Virus record (IMG/VR): IMGVR_UViG_3300032296_002111
Span: 3,880 to 67,879 of that record
Source: a virus
Length of the DNA: 64,000 nt
Reading direction: 5' to 3' (one strand)
Shown: positions 42,501 to 49,944 of the stretch, one piece after another
Numbering within the stretch: position 1 is the first letter of the stretch
How the letters are laid out: each line of letters starts with the position of its first letter
Made by a program: the position numbers and the translations under genes
The notes under the pieces: model-generated
What the model was told of the DNA's origin: nothing
The model's database searches: none
What the model saw: only the letters and a program-made list of their open reading frames with translations

Positions 42501-42568
42501 CGGCACTTGCATCTTTCTTAACGGCATTGTCAAACCTTGGATTGATTACAGATAGCACAACAGCATAA
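36599..42568 (+). CDS. Long tail fibre/receptor-binding protein
   Basis: 1989 aa, G/S/T/A-rich; repeats FAGP..G...P.FRALVAAD.P, GTGTVT.V and T[FL]PNA.GTV. Confidence 0.8.
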   Translation: MANFLDDITSYNAKASLAIALAVKECRNDTANLMSSLKTTANDTSLSEPVRLQALTALINVGGLLDIPLPPYFPVTTTYATTQSYVGIHNDLSGLQGGAAGEYYHLTAAERTSILNKAGLSDITFANLQGVYTQNNSLNTAINSKQDQLNAPVGNYFVKISGTTISYDNSTYLTSATLASTPATGQLSGTFGNPILSNAAVIAKVLTGWNGSVSPASITSSDSILTALQKLNANINDVIANPAGVSTVALTMPSSVFTYTSTPSSGAVMLSASFNTQTANRFFAGPTTGAAAIPTFRALVAADLPSGVVTPGTYGSGAAIPVITVDTYGRVTGITTAPSASGGQVNTVMLTGSGIFSLTQPGSTPTDVVWNIGLATQTPNFVFAGPATGSTPLAPGFRALVAADIPSLTISKISGLQSALDSKMTYSLNDGEIWIGNKANAPINHSLTGDVLMTREGVVTIQPEAVTFAKMQNITSGNLLGRYDASSPGSIQQISLDPLSFNLDAFGVLSLATPVAPVINTKGSLITYRQSIGDQVQLYAGTNGQILIPNNNLDDGLEWVDVTGDITLDTANPSGAATISAGAVTLAKMANLAANSFIGNNTGSSATPIALTTAQATAMLNVFDTASTTKGLVPGSNSLGSTYFLCADGTWQPVTGTGTVTTVSVVSANGFAGTVANATTTPAITLSTTITGVLKGNGTAISTAIAGTDVVTPGTITQTSGAGSGLEMATARILGRTTAGTGPIEAISAGATLTLSGGSLGINLGNLNTWTAKQTFSAGIQLNGATSGYVQINAPAVAGTQTYTLPTGTPSGSNQFLTATTGGVLSWASPVGTTTNAVTFNNSGSGAASGTTFDGSVARTISYNTIGAQALNANLTGLSALSYSSGTPFVKMTAAGTFALDTNTYVTNVSFTGGLISVATPSTTPAFTVAGTQGGIVYFTSGSTWASTSALDQGELLVGGGTGSPSTINTGATDTILISNGPGFSPSWSTATYLVTTSANRLLYSSANNVIDEIVAPSSANTYLKWDGSSFTWDVAGGGGGSGTVSTGTIGQLAYYTGTTTVASFSAANSIIYGNNSNNVAALPYGTEANKYLRVNATGTALIWDTAGTGTVTSVGLTMPAAFNVSIPTITTSGTFAVTAAGTAAQYIRGDGQLALLPTSGGGGGTSVSYYLNGSVSQGINNYKQMSKVPVIGLGTDFTLTNTTGAQVMAEFLTDANDPSLLNIPAGAWTINLFFSVNNANAAPSFYVELLKYDGATFTPIATSPSEDISNGTAINYYSTSIALSSTALSVTDRLAIRVYVNTNGNRTVTLHTEDSHLAQVVTTFSTGITSLNGLNTPVQFFANGSSGLAPAFVSSTSTHTLNIPLASTASVTAGLISNTDYTNFSNKISNPMTALGDIIYGGALGAPTALGIGSVNQVLTVSAGGIPTWTNAGTGDVIGPSSSLDGNFAVFSGLGGKTIAEPAAASLTTGGRATFNDGVDVGVSNSATGTLVFRNNTTSATTTFQSSTSQSSNASYVWPQAQATSSGLVLTNDGAGNLSWTATGTGNVTLAGTNPFTGANSFSSSVTVLSTGTFTLTTPGTTGTTRLVSSATVALNQIITFPNATGTVALINTAQTFTGNQNFQSGNITIGGNGTSGVFRIGNNSSTGVTILASAATTAAQHIVTLPNAAGTVALADVSQTFSAAQFFNAQLTINGNGVGGSFRIQSPSSTGYTSLTTNATTAAQHTVTFPNAAGTVPLLGLAQNWSALQTFQNGISLTTAGTFTTAASVASTFSGSAAFNSSTTFTSSATFNSGVARFGNTSNTFFYTIVGSAIGAGRQLTLPLITTNDTFAVLGLAQSFSAAQTFNGGITMGAAITGAASQDVFNTTSTTINFAGAATTLAIGNTATAAQTVNMFTASTGASTYNFATGATANATTKTINIGTGGAAGSTTNITFGTSATTNLRFFGSANTSGKPTVTGSRGGNAALASFLTALSNLGLITDSTTA
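41567..41811 (+). repeat. Internal ~53-bp direct repeat in the fibre gene
   Basis: gccactactgcggc[g/a]cagcata[t/c]tgttacatt[a/t]ccaaatgcagcaggaac at about 41567 and 41759. Confidence 0.75.
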
Positions 42569-42572
42569 TAAC

Positions 42573-42950
42573 ATGAGCAACAACTTAATCATCGTACCAA
42601 TCAGCAATGAGCCTGTATATGGCTTCAAGCGGACAGTAACAATGGCTGGGCTTATTATAGGGGCTTTGTCATCATTTACTGGCGAAAACGTCAATCTTGT
42701 CTGCCAAGTGGACTACTTTGAGCCGACAACAGATGCTCCAATAAATATCATCCCGCCAAAGATAGTAAGCCTCATTGCCGACAAATCAACTTGCGTGGAC
42801 AGCAAGGGCGTTATCGTTCCTTGCGGCTCTCCTGATGCCGTGATGACAGAATACGAATACTATATGCAGATGTTGTTCGTCCCTGTTGTGATAGCGGATG
42901 CAGTTACGCAAAAGATATTGTGGGCCGATTCAGAAGGTAGATTCAACTAA
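42573..42950 (+). CDS. Putative fibre-associated/chaperone protein
   Basis: Immediately follows the fibre gene. Confidence 0.5.
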   Translation: MSNNLIIVPISNEPVYGFKRTVTMAGLIIGALSSFTGENVNLVCQVDYFEPTTDAPINIIPPKIVSLIADKSTCVDSKGVIVPCGSPDAVMTEYEYYMQMLFVPVVIADAVTQKILWADSEGRFN

Positions 42951-42957
42951 TAAAGCC

Positions 42958-43191
42958 ATGAAAGGAGATAAGAAGTACACGGCCACCATTGGCGGCAAGA
43001 CCAGAAGTTTCGGGGCTAAGGGCTATTCCATTGCTCCCGGAACAGCTAAGGGCGACAACTATTGCGCCCGTTCTTCAGGCATAAAGAAATGTGCCAATCC
43101 TCCGTGCGCCAATGACCTCTCAAGAAAGGCATGGGGATGCGTGGGCAAGAAGTCTTATGCTTCCAAGGCCGTCAAGTACACACGGAAATGA
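42958..43191 (+). CDS. Small basic Cys-containing phage protein
   Basis: MKGDKK..FGAKG..IAPGTAKGDNYCARSSGI; ATG at 42958. Confidence 0.6.
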   Translation: MKGDKKYTATIGGKTRSFGAKGYSIAPGTAKGDNYCARSSGIKKCANPPCANDLSRKAWGCVGKKSYASKAVKYTRK

Positions 43192-43421
43192 CCTTTGACA
43201 AGGACGATGTAGTGTTCTTAATGATAGCCATAGGGTATATGGCATGGAACAGCTATCAAAACTACACGTTTACAAAGGAAGTAAATAGGAAGATGGAGGA
43301 AGTGGTGGACTACAATTACACGCTTCTTCTGAGGCAAGCAAGAATTTCTTCAAGATTGGACGAAATTGAAGCGTCGCAAGACAGTATTCGTTATTATATT
43401 TGCCAACAGAAGAATAAATAA
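43188..43421 (+). CDS. Small membrane-anchored protein
   Basis: N-terminal TM plus coiled coil; ATGA overlap with previous gene. Confidence 0.5.
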   Translation: MTFDKDDVVFLMIAIGYMAWNSYQNYTFTKEVNRKMEEVVDYNYTLLLRQARISSRLDEIEASQDSIRYYICQQKNK

Positions 43422-43426
43422 ATTTA

Positions 43427-43851
43427 TGATTACTTACAAAAACCTTCTTACGTTGCGGTCATTCAGTGACCTCATTGGGCGTTCTGTTGAGAGCGCTTCT
43501 GACCTTATGCCTGTTTACCAGCTTAGCCGTTTGGTAAAGAAGTTCTCCTCTCAATATGAAGAATATGATGAAGCATTGGAGGACCTTCGCCTTGACAATT
43601 GCTACAAAGATGGAAGCAAGATTGTCCGTGACGAAAAGGGTAACTATCAGTGGACTGCCGAGGGCGAGAAAGCCTTCCGCAAAGGCGTAAAAGAGCTTGT
43701 GAATAAAGAAGTGAACGTAGTTTCTTTCTCTCCTCTTTCCTATGCCGAACTTTGTGCTGTAATGCCTGAGGGATTCGCAAAAGCCAATCCTTGGGACATG
43801 ATGGCCGAGGCTCTTTCTCCGTTCTACATTAGCGGCATTCAAGCTGATTAA
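43427..43851 (+). CDS. Hypothetical protein
   Basis: MITYKNL start near 43426; RDEKGNYQW. Confidence 0.55.
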
Positions 43852-43854
43852 GCC

Positions 43855-44052
43855 ATGAAAATATTCGGCAGCGAGGTACACGACACAGCATTGGTCTTTA
43901 TAGGGGCTGTGATATTGCAGTGCTTCGTTGGCGGTGTGGTGATGGGGAGTCAGCCTAGTCAATCCTTTAGCAAGCTCATTGTGTTCATAGCGTCAATAGC
44001 TGCTTTTGTATATTGGTTTTTCACTTACTACCCACTACATTTTAAAAAATGA
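43855..44052 (+). CDS. Small two-TM protein (holin-like)
   Basis: Two hydrophobic helices; lysis region. Confidence 0.45.
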   Translation: MKIFGSEVHDTALVFIGAVILQCFVGGVVMGSQPSQSFSKLIVFIASIAAFVYWFFTYYPLHFKK

Positions 44053-44309
44053 AATCCTACACTATTGACAGCATTCTTCACGCTAAGAACTTCGCTGCCG
44101 AATTTGTAAAAGACTCTCCCCTATTGTTATACTTTGCCTTCTACGAACCCTTCCACTCCTGGCTCATACAAACTGCCGATGATTGGAATCCCATATTGAA
44201 GTTCTTCTTCAACATCTTGATGCTTGCCTACGGACTATTCAGATTCGTACACATTCTAAAGGACTACTTCAGCGGCAAGAAGCCTGACGATAAAGGAATA
44301 AGTATATGA
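44049..44309 (+). CDS. Membrane protein (holin-like)
   Basis: TM helix with charged C-terminus; ATGA coupling. Confidence 0.45.
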   Translation: MKSYTIDSILHAKNFAAEFVKDSPLLLYFAFYEPFHSWLIQTADDWNPILKFFFNILMLAYGLFRFVHILKDYFSGKKPDDKGISI

Positions 44310-44902
44310 ACGTAAAGACATTTGATGTGGCCTTCAAATTAACATTTGTGGGCCTTTTTCTTTTATTGCTGTTCCTAGCCAACGGCATTAGGAAGGACAA
44401 TAGAACGCTCCGTAATGACCTCGATGGACTGAACGTAGCTATCAATAACCAGATGGACACCACACGCAACAAGCTAGGCCAGATGAAGGCTGAAGTGAAG
44501 ACCGTGGTGCTTAGTGAGGAATCTTCACGTAAGCTTCTGTCTGAAGACCTTTCCAACCTACGGAAGGACTTTGGCTTTAAGGTGAGCGGCCTGAAGACAT
44601 ACATTGAGATGCAGAGCGAGCATAGGATTCCTGTCATTATTGAGGGCCGTGATACAATAATAGAACGCAACACAGAGAAAGTGTTCTACATGAACGATGG
44701 AATATATAAGGGCGTTCTCCACACGAAAGGGGACAGCTTGATTGGAAATCTTTCCATTTCCGACACAGTGAGGATAGTGGTGAGCAAGGGTAAGCGTGAG
44801 CACTGGTGGAAGATATGGAAGAAGCGCCCATATGTTACGAATGCTTTTCTTTCCAATAAAGACGGAAGCGTGACAGCTCTTAAAAGCGTTATAACAGAAT
44901 AG
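44306..44902 (+). CDS. Spanin (Rz-like) candidate
   Basis: N-terminal TM, coiled coil, RDT/GDS motifs, KREHWWKIWKKR. Confidence 0.5.
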   Translation: MNVKTFDVAFKLTFVGLFLLLLFLANGIRKDNRTLRNDLDGLNVAINNQMDTTRNKLGQMKAEVKTVVLSEESSRKLLSEDLSNLRKDFGFKVSGLKTYIEMQSEHRIPVIIEGRDTIIERNTEKVFYMNDGIYKGVLHTKGDSLIGNLSISDTVRIVVSKGKREHWWKIWKKRPYVTNAFLSNKDGSVTALKSVITE

Positions 44903-44905
44903 TCG

Positions 44906-44913
44906 TATATTTG
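44906..44913 (+). promoter_or_regulatory. TAnnTTTG box 4 nt upstream of ATG
   Basis: TATATTTG; ATG at 44918. Confidence 0.65.
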
Positions 44914-44917
44914 CGTT

Positions 44918-45865
44918 ATGAGAATTGCCTCCATTACAGAAAGAATCTCCCCCATTCCTATGGGGAATGGCTATGGTGGAGGCAAATGGGAGGTGGTGAA
45001 GGAATTTAATGGGCGTTCCCATAAGGACGGAGGCATTGATATAGAAGTGTCTGAAGGATTTGTGAGGCACATTAACGCTCCCTATGAGAAGCCCGATGAA
45101 ATAGCTAAGAACGGAAGGGTTTGGAAAAGTATTGGAGCTGGCCTCTATGGAGCAGGCGAAGGACTTCTCGACACCATTACGCTTGGGGCGACAGACAAAC
45201 TTACAGACTTAGGCTACGAGGGCTTACAGAAGCTTGGCGGTTCTACGGCTGATGAAATAAGGGAGCAGAACTCCATTCGTGGCTACGGAACTACAGCAGG
45301 GGCTATAACAGGCGGCATCCTATCAGGAGGGGCTGCCACAGGCAGTGCCATTCAGCAAGGGGCAAAGGGATTAGGGGCAGGAATTAGTCAGGGAAGTCCT
45401 GAGAGTAAAGCTGCACAAGCCATAGGCACATATTTGCCTCTTGCCGGAAGCATTGCAGGAATGGCTACAGGAAACGCAGGCTATTCGGGAGCGACAGGAG
45501 CTGCTGCCTCAATGGGCAAAGTGGCTTCCGCTACGCAGGGCCTCGGGAAGTATAGCCCTTACATTAACATGGCAAGTGGCCTTCTCAATCAGCCTACAAC
45601 GCCTATGGAAGGCGTGGGGATGGTGAGTAATCAGATAAACGCAATGATGCCCATGATGTCCTCAAGAACGCCTTCTCGTCAAGCGGAGCGTGAATTGGGA
45701 ATGTCTGGCAAGAAGCCAGGCCAGAGTGGGTATGGAGACATGGACGGCTATGCTGTTACGCCCACAATAGGCCAGCCTTCAGAAGGCCCTATTCAATTCC
45801 GTATGCCTCCCGTTTATCAGGCAGAGTCAGCAAACTATTTAGGAAGATATGGAATCAACGTCTAA
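44918..45865 (+). CDS. Glycine-rich putative virion cargo protein
   Basis: GRSHKDGGI motif; glycine-zipper segments. Confidence 0.5.
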   Translation: MRIASITERISPIPMGNGYGGGKWEVVKEFNGRSHKDGGIDIEVSEGFVRHINAPYEKPDEIAKNGRVWKSIGAGLYGAGEGLLDTITLGATDKLTDLGYEGLQKLGGSTADEIREQNSIRGYGTTAGAITGGILSGGAATGSAIQQGAKGLGAGISQGSPESKAAQAIGTYLPLAGSIAGMATGNAGYSGATGAAASMGKVASATQGLGKYSPYINMASGLLNQPTTPMEGVGMVSNQINAMMPMMSSRTPSRQAERELGMSGKKPGQSGYGDMDGYAVTPTIGQPSEGPIQFRMPPVYQAESANYLGRYGINV

Positions 45866-46031
45866 GCACGTGGAAGTGGAAGATGGGGAACTCCTCATCC
45901 GTTCTTCCAATGGAACGATGGCCATTGTGCCAAAGAACATGGCTAAGTTTATTTCCGAACATATAAAGAGCGGGAATCACCATGTCGTTGACCATTATGT
46001 GAAATCATTACAGCCACTGAAAGAAAAATGA
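45849..46031 (+). CDS. Hypothetical protein
   Basis: VEVEDGE motif; overlaps neighbours. Confidence 0.5.
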   Translation: MESTSKHVEVEDGELLIRSSNGTMAIVPKNMAKFISEHIKSGNHHVVDHYVKSLQPLKEK

Positions 46032-46156
46032 GCAAGGCAAAAGCCACTACGTCCTCCGTTAAAACCACATTCGGTAAAAGGAGAGAGGGAGAGCATAAGA
46101 AATCATACGGGCCGAAAGCAAATAAGCCCAAGAAATATAAAGGACAAGGGAGATGA
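46028..46156 (+). CDS. 42-aa basic protein
   Basis: Hand-translated MSKAKATT...PKKYKGQGR*; ATGA overlaps at both ends. Confidence 0.6.
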   Translation: MSKAKATTSSVKTTFGKRREGEHKKSYGPKANKPKKYKGQGR

Positions 46157-46521
46157 ATAAATTAAAAGACCTTTGGGTGGAGTGGCATGAGGCCCTCCTA
46201 GCCCCCGTTTACTACTTCGGGTTTCTCCTGATTTACAATTACGTTAGCGTTTGGCTTCACGACGAGGCTGCCGCATTGTATCCCATAGGAAGGTATGTAG
46301 ATATGTTGTCTGTTCCTTCCCGTTATTACATTGTTGTTCTCATAGGAACGCTCGGCTTCCGCATCAACACTCCCTCTTTATTCAAGGCTGTGTTCGGGGA
46401 CAGAGCAAGCGGAAAGCTCCGTGACAATATTGTTAAGGACAATCATTTCCAAACGCTATGGCTCGCATTATTCTCCTATGGCTTGCATTTGCTTATAGCG
46501 GCTCTTGTGTCGCTCAAATAA
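46153..46521 (+). CDS. Multi-TM membrane protein (holin candidate)
   Basis: Three hydrophobic segments; directly upstream of endolysin. Confidence 0.5.
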   Translation: MNKLKDLWVEWHEALLAPVYYFGFLLIYNYVSVWLHDEAAALYPIGRYVDMLSVPSRYYIVVLIGTLGFRINTPSLFKAVFGDRASGKLRDNIVKDNHFQTLWLALFSYGLHLLIAALVSLK

Positions 46522-46961
46522 GCTGCATAAAGGAACAAGCTAAACGTCTTATTGGAACACGGGAAGGCCCTGTAAACAACAGAGGTCCTCGTGTTGATAG
46601 CATTATACGTTACGCAGGAGGCACTCCCGGACAGGCGTGGTGTTCCTACACAATGATTTATTTATGGAAAAAGTGCAATATTCCGCACAAAGGCGTGAAC
46701 GGAATGGCAATGTCGTGGGCTAAGGCCGACAAGGCTGTCAAAGGTCCTGTGAGAGAAACGGATTTGTTTACGGTGTTCAATAGGGCCTTGGGGCGCATAG
46801 GCCACGTGGGGATGGTGTACAGGGTGTTTCCAGAGGAACGCTTCTTCACGTCCTTTGAAGGCAACGTGAACGCAAGGGGCGACAGGGAAAGCAAGCGGTC
46901 AATGGCAGGATGCCTCATGAGAGAGTATTCTGTGGCCAATGGGTTTTATAGGTGGCTGTAG
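46458..46961 (+). CDS. CHAP-domain endolysin with signal/anchor peptide
   Basis: GQAWCSY, GHVG, FEGN CHAP motifs; NNRGPRVD; hydrophobic N-terminus. Confidence 0.8.
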   Translation: MARIILLWLAFAYSGSCVAQISCIKEQAKRLIGTREGPVNNRGPRVDSIIRYAGGTPGQAWCSYTMIYLWKKCNIPHKGVNGMAMSWAKADKAVKGPVRETDLFTVFNRALGRIGHVGMVYRVFPEERFFTSFEGNVNARGDRESKRSMAGCLMREYSVANGFYRWL

Positions 46962-46963
46962 CC

Positions 46964-47329
46964 CTATCCTTTATTTAGTTTGTCGTATCGGACCTGAGTC
47001 GCTCTTTCTTTTATATTGAGTTCTGACATCAATCTTTTAACCCTACGCTCGTTTTTCGGGACACTGGATTGCCCCTTCTTTTTTTTAGACTTCCTGCCTA
47101 TTTTGGTTGTCTTGTGAATCGTAGTGTGGCAACTTTCGCATAGTGTAATAAGGGCGCTGCTTGGATATTGCCAAGGCTTCCTCCCTTCCAAATAATATTT
47201 ATGATGGCAATTAAGATGAGACTTTGAGCCGCATTTTTGACAGCAGAATAAGTCCCTCTTGTATATTGAGAGCCTTTTGTCGGCCCATTCTGGGGAGAGG
47301 AGTAGTTCTTTATATTCTTCTTTTGTCAT
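46964..47329 (-). CDS. HNH endonuclease
   Basis: MTKEEYKELLLSPEWADKR..RDLFCCQKC..LNCHHKYY..LITLCESCH; probable ATG at 47329. Confidence 0.85.
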   Translation of the reverse strand: MTKEEYKELLLSPEWADKRLSIYKRDLFCCQKCGSKSHLNCHHKYYLEGRKPWQYPSSALITLCESCHTTIHKTTKIGRKSKKKKGQSSVPKNERRVKRLMSELNIKERATQVRYDKLNKG

Positions 47330-47341
47330 AATAAATAAAGT

Positions 47342-47364
47342 AAAAAAAAGGCCCGAAGGCCCAA
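47342..47364 (-). terminator. Short intrinsic terminator
   Basis: Minus strand gggcc-ttcg-ggccc followed by T-run. Confidence 0.55.
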
Positions 47365-47372
47365 TTTTAACT

Positions 47373-47621
47373 TTAAGACGGAAGCTCCGGTAACGGCATC
47401 CAATGTGTCGTTCGCTTCGGCCATCCGAATTCACCATAAGGTATAACGCCAATATTCTCATCATCTGTAAGGACATTATGCGCTCTGCACTCTAAATGAC
47501 TTTTGTTGGTGGATGCGTTAATCCAAAGTTCAAAACTACAGCACACGATGTTTTTGCCATCTGTCACTAACATAGGCGTGTTCAATGGAGGCTTCTGGTC
47601 TTTTACTGAAATCCAATTCAT
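47373..47621 (-). CDS. DUF551-like phage protein
   Basis: MNWISVKDQKP...THWMPLPELP. Confidence 0.85.
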   Translation of the reverse strand: MNWISVKDQKPPLNTPMLVTDGKNIVCCSFELWINASTNKSHLECRAHNVLTDDENIGVIPYGEFGWPKRTTHWMPLPELPS

Positions 47622-47750
47622 ATATTTTTTTATTTATGATTTACGTATTCTTTTATTGAGGCAAAAAGGAAGGGCCGAATCAGCCCCTCTTTTCGTCAAG
47701 CTATTAACCAAATTAACACTATTTCAAAAAGCGTTTTTTGTTGTGAATGA

Positions 47751-47787
47751 TATATCACGCAATATTGCGTATATGGTGTAGTTATGT
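47751..47787 (+). repeat. attI-like site 1
   Basis: tatatcacgcaatattgcgtatatggtgtaG|TTATGT; contains 14-bp palindrome acgcaatattgcgt; recurs at 51333 and 52556. Confidence 0.75.
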
Positions 47788-47793
47788 GCCATT

Positions 47794-48033
47794 TTACAGA
47801 AACCACCTGAAATTAATGAAACATACGCTTAACCATAATCTTCTATCTTGTGGCTGCCAAAACACACCGAATAAACTTCTATCTATTTCGCAATTATCAA
47901 ACGTAAGCACAGCAAATCCAATGCTCATATATTTGTTCAGCCACAAGTCAAACAAGTGAATTTGATAATCAAAACGGCACATAACACAGTATTTGCGTAA
48001 TGCCTTTCGTAATTCTAATAATCTTTTCTGCAT
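47794..48033 (-). CDS. Cassette 1 hypothetical protein (start in attC loop)
   Basis: N-terminal ALRKYCVMCR is encoded by the attC arm. Confidence 0.6.
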   Translation of the reverse strand: MQKRLLELRKALRKYCVMCRFDYQIHLFDLWLNKYMSIGFAVLTFDNCEIDRSLFGVFWQPQDRRLWLSVCFINFRWFL

Positions 48034-48100
48034 ATTTTTAAATTTTGTATTTCAATTAAAATTCTGTATTGGCACTACGCAAATACTCGGCACGTTAGCA
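47979..48100 (+). repeat. attC-like site 1
   Basis: acatAAC..agtatttgcgtaatgcc / ggcactacgcaaatact..GTTagca (16/17 paired); ggcacataac complements gttatgtgcc at 47781. Confidence 0.85.
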
Positions 48101-48109
48101 ACAATGCCA

Positions 48110-48349
48110 CTAACCTTGTATCTTATATTCAGTTGGTATTATGTGCATAGGTATTATCATTGCCCCACCGCACAAATTACACGTTTCTACTCCACTACTT
48201 ATTGAAGTAGGCGAGCCGTACCAATTTTGAACTAATACCTTACCATCGCCACCGCACTTTGGGCATAATTGATAAGGCACAGTTGCTAACACAGTATAAC
48301 CGCAATTGGCGGGTTTCTGCGTTTTTGAAACTTTTGTTTTCTTTTCCAT
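48110..48349 (-). CDS. Cassette 2 DnaJ-type zinc-finger protein
   Basis: CPKCGGDG...CNLCGG; start in attC loop. Confidence 0.65.
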   Translation of the reverse strand: MEKKTKVSKTQKPANCGYTVLATVPYQLCPKCGGDGKVLVQNWYGSPTSISSGVETCNLCGGAMIIPMHIIPTEYKIQG

Positions 48350-48417
48350 TTTTATCTGTATTTTGAAAGTTATTACTACTTAATCCGCCAACTGACGGTT
48401 ATACTCGACCGTTAGCG
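48284..48417 (+). repeat. attC-like site 2
   Basis: tgctAAC..agtataaccg..ttggcgg / ccgccaa..cggttatact..GTTagcg; gttgctaac complements gttagcaac at 48094. Confidence 0.9.
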
Positions 48418-48639
48418 GTAATTGATTGTACGGTGTTTAATCTGTTCAATACCTTTAAAGTTCCGCTTTGCTTCTGCAACAAGTTCATTCATTGTACAGC
48501 CACCTTCTCTTTTTCGTAGTTCCTCAATCATCCAAATAAGCGGAACTAAATCTCCGTTGTTGTCTTGTGGTGATTCACAACTACCGCTAACATCGGTTTT
48601 GCAAAAAAGCCGCTTTAGTGCTAATTTTAATCTTTTCAT
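48412..48639 (-). CDS. Cassette 3 hypothetical protein
   Basis: TAA stop lies in core G|TTA; start in attC loop. Confidence 0.6.
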   Translation of the reverse strand: MKRLKLALKRLFCKTDVSGSCESPQDNNGDLVPLIWMIEELRKREGGCTMNELVAEAKRNFKGIEQIKHRTINYR

Positions 48640-48717
48640 CTCTATTGTATTTTTAGTTGTTAATTAAACTTTTGTTTTTCAAATACGGCTTCATCGCAAA
48701 GCCATTTTCCGTTAGTG
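48585..48717 (+). repeat. attC-like site 3
   Basis: cgctAAC..ggttttgc..aagccg / cggctt..gcaaagcc..GTTagtg; caactaccgctaac complements gttagcggtaattg at 48411 (13/14). Confidence 0.85.
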
Positions 48718-48723
48718 GCAAGC

Positions 48724-49167
48724 TTAACAAACGTTAGCGATAAACTGACCACTTTCTAATTCTATATGTTTACAACCTTTTTGATTTTTCAATTCATCAA
48801 GCCATAAATCCCAATTATTTGAAATAAGATTTATAAAAGCATCAGTAGAACCTCTTTCTTTATATCGTTTCAAATATTCTTCTTTCAATTCTTTTTTTGG
48901 ATAAACTAACGTAAATTCTAATCCATTTTCTACTAAAGCGTCTCTAACCTCTTTATGGCTTGAAATGAAAATTCTTGAATAACCTTCTGATATTTTTTCT
49001 TTGATATGCTCAATATAGTTTTGTGGAAAATTAGCCTTATCAAATTTACTACTATCGCTATCGGTTGCAAATCCTTGTGGCATATAATCAGCATCTCTGT
49101 AGCAATAAGATGTTTTACCAGTTCCAGGAAAGCCAGCCACTAACATCGGTTTGGCAAAATCTGCCAT
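48724..49167 (-). CDS. Cassette 4 P-loop kinase-like protein
   Basis: AGFPGTGKT Walker A, DSDSSKF, FPQNYIEHIK; probable ATG at 49167 in attC loop (ORF track extends to 49245). Confidence 0.75.
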   Translation of the reverse strand: MADFAKPMLVAGFPGTGKTSYCYRDADYMPQGFATDSDSSKFDKANFPQNYIEHIKEKISEGYSRIFISSHKEVRDALVENGLEFTLVYPKKELKEEYLKRYKERGSTDAFINLISNNWDLWLDELKNQKGCKHIELESGQFIANVC

Positions 49168-49231
49168 TGAAATTTGTGCGAAAATTGAACTTTCCGTTAG
49201 GCAGCCTTCGCCAACCTGCAAAACGTTAGAA
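49138..49231 (+). repeat. attC-like site 4
   Basis: cactAAC..ggtttggc..ctgcc / ggcag..gccaacc..GTTagaa; gccactaac complements gttagtggc at 48711. Confidence 0.85.
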
Positions 49232-49237
49232 ACAACA

Positions 49238-49507
49238 TCACCCATTCACCCACTCCCAAACAAGGTCGTCCTCCTTTCCTTTCTCTATCTTCCCTTTCTT
49301 CTCCGTCACTACCCACTGACAGAAGGCAACGAGCTGTTCGCACCGTAGGCTCGTGTTGAATATCTGATTCTTCACAACGCCACAGAGGGCCTTCTGGTCT
49401 TCCATTGTTAGCCTGATGTCGCCCATGCCCACATGAGCGTCAGAGTTTCGTAGGGATTGGAACGCCTTCTCAAGGGTGGCTAAGTTCCTCACTGTTGGTC
49501 TTCTCAT
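49238..49507 (-). CDS. Hypothetical protein
   Basis: Backbone early gene; ATGA coupling. Confidence 0.55.
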   Translation of the reverse strand: MRRPTVRNLATLEKAFQSLRNSDAHVGMGDIRLTMEDQKALCGVVKNQIFNTSLRCEQLVAFCQWVVTEKKGKIEKGKEDDLVWEWVNG

Positions 49508-49944
49508 ATTTTGTCTTCTATCTTATACTTCTCAATAACGTCCAACGGAACGAAAAGCTGCTTCTCAAATCCCTGGTCCTTGAAGTGGAGATATTGTCCT
49601 TGCTCCAGAACGACAGATTTCGGAAATTTATACGTGCCAACGTCATCCCGAAGTTCAATGTTGTCAAATAGCTTTCCCTCTCGTATCATGTATTCGTTAA
49701 AGCCATATGAATTGTTCTTCCGCATCAAGTGGCTCTCTCGTGTCCGTATCAATTCCAACGTGCGTTCCTTCAAGTCTACACGGCCTACATCCCGCCCGAA
49801 GTTCTCCGAGGCCAAGCGTAGCTGAATGTATAAATGGGAAGGGGTGCGGAACACATGGAACGCATCGCCCTCCTTGTTGAACACAGAGCCATCAGCCTTC
49901 TTTAGGCTACTTGGCTTCTTGTGTTGCGTTAGTGTCTTCTTCAT
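49504..49944 (-). CDS. Hypothetical protein
   Basis: Probable start MKKTLTQ at 49944; HLMRKNNSYGFN..GFEKQLF. Confidence 0.6.
   Translation of the reverse strand: MKKTLTQHKKPSSLKKADGSVFNKEGDAFHVFRTPSHLYIQLRLASENFGRDVGRVDLKERTLELIRTRESHLMRKNNSYGFNEYMIREGKLFDNIELRDDVGTYKFPKSVVLEQGQYLHFKDQGFEKQLFVPLDVIEKYKIEDKI

Larger units (their letters stand above)
47751..49231 (+). mobile_element. Integron-like cassette array 1 (4 cassettes; crossover G at 47781, 48094, 48411, 48711, 49225)
   Basis: attI-like site plus four attC-like hairpins; each inverse core complements the core at its own cassette's left edge. Confidence 0.85.

Noticed and set aside
36599-42568. Diversity-generating retroelement acting on the fibre
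   Set aside because: No reverse transcriptase in the window; the internal repeat copies are both in-frame coding and differences are not adenine-specific.
48729-48740. Extra GTTAGCG core-like sequence in cassette 4
   Set aside because: No partner inverse core or hairpin; it lies in the coding 3' end and is probably chance.
47747-49348. Plus-strand ORFs in cassettes (47747-47959, 47993-48205, 48422-48667, 49151-49348) as the canonical cassette genes
   Set aside because: They cross cassette boundaries or lack motifs, whereas the minus-strand ORFs fit one per cassette and carry recognisable motifs (zinc finger, Walker A).
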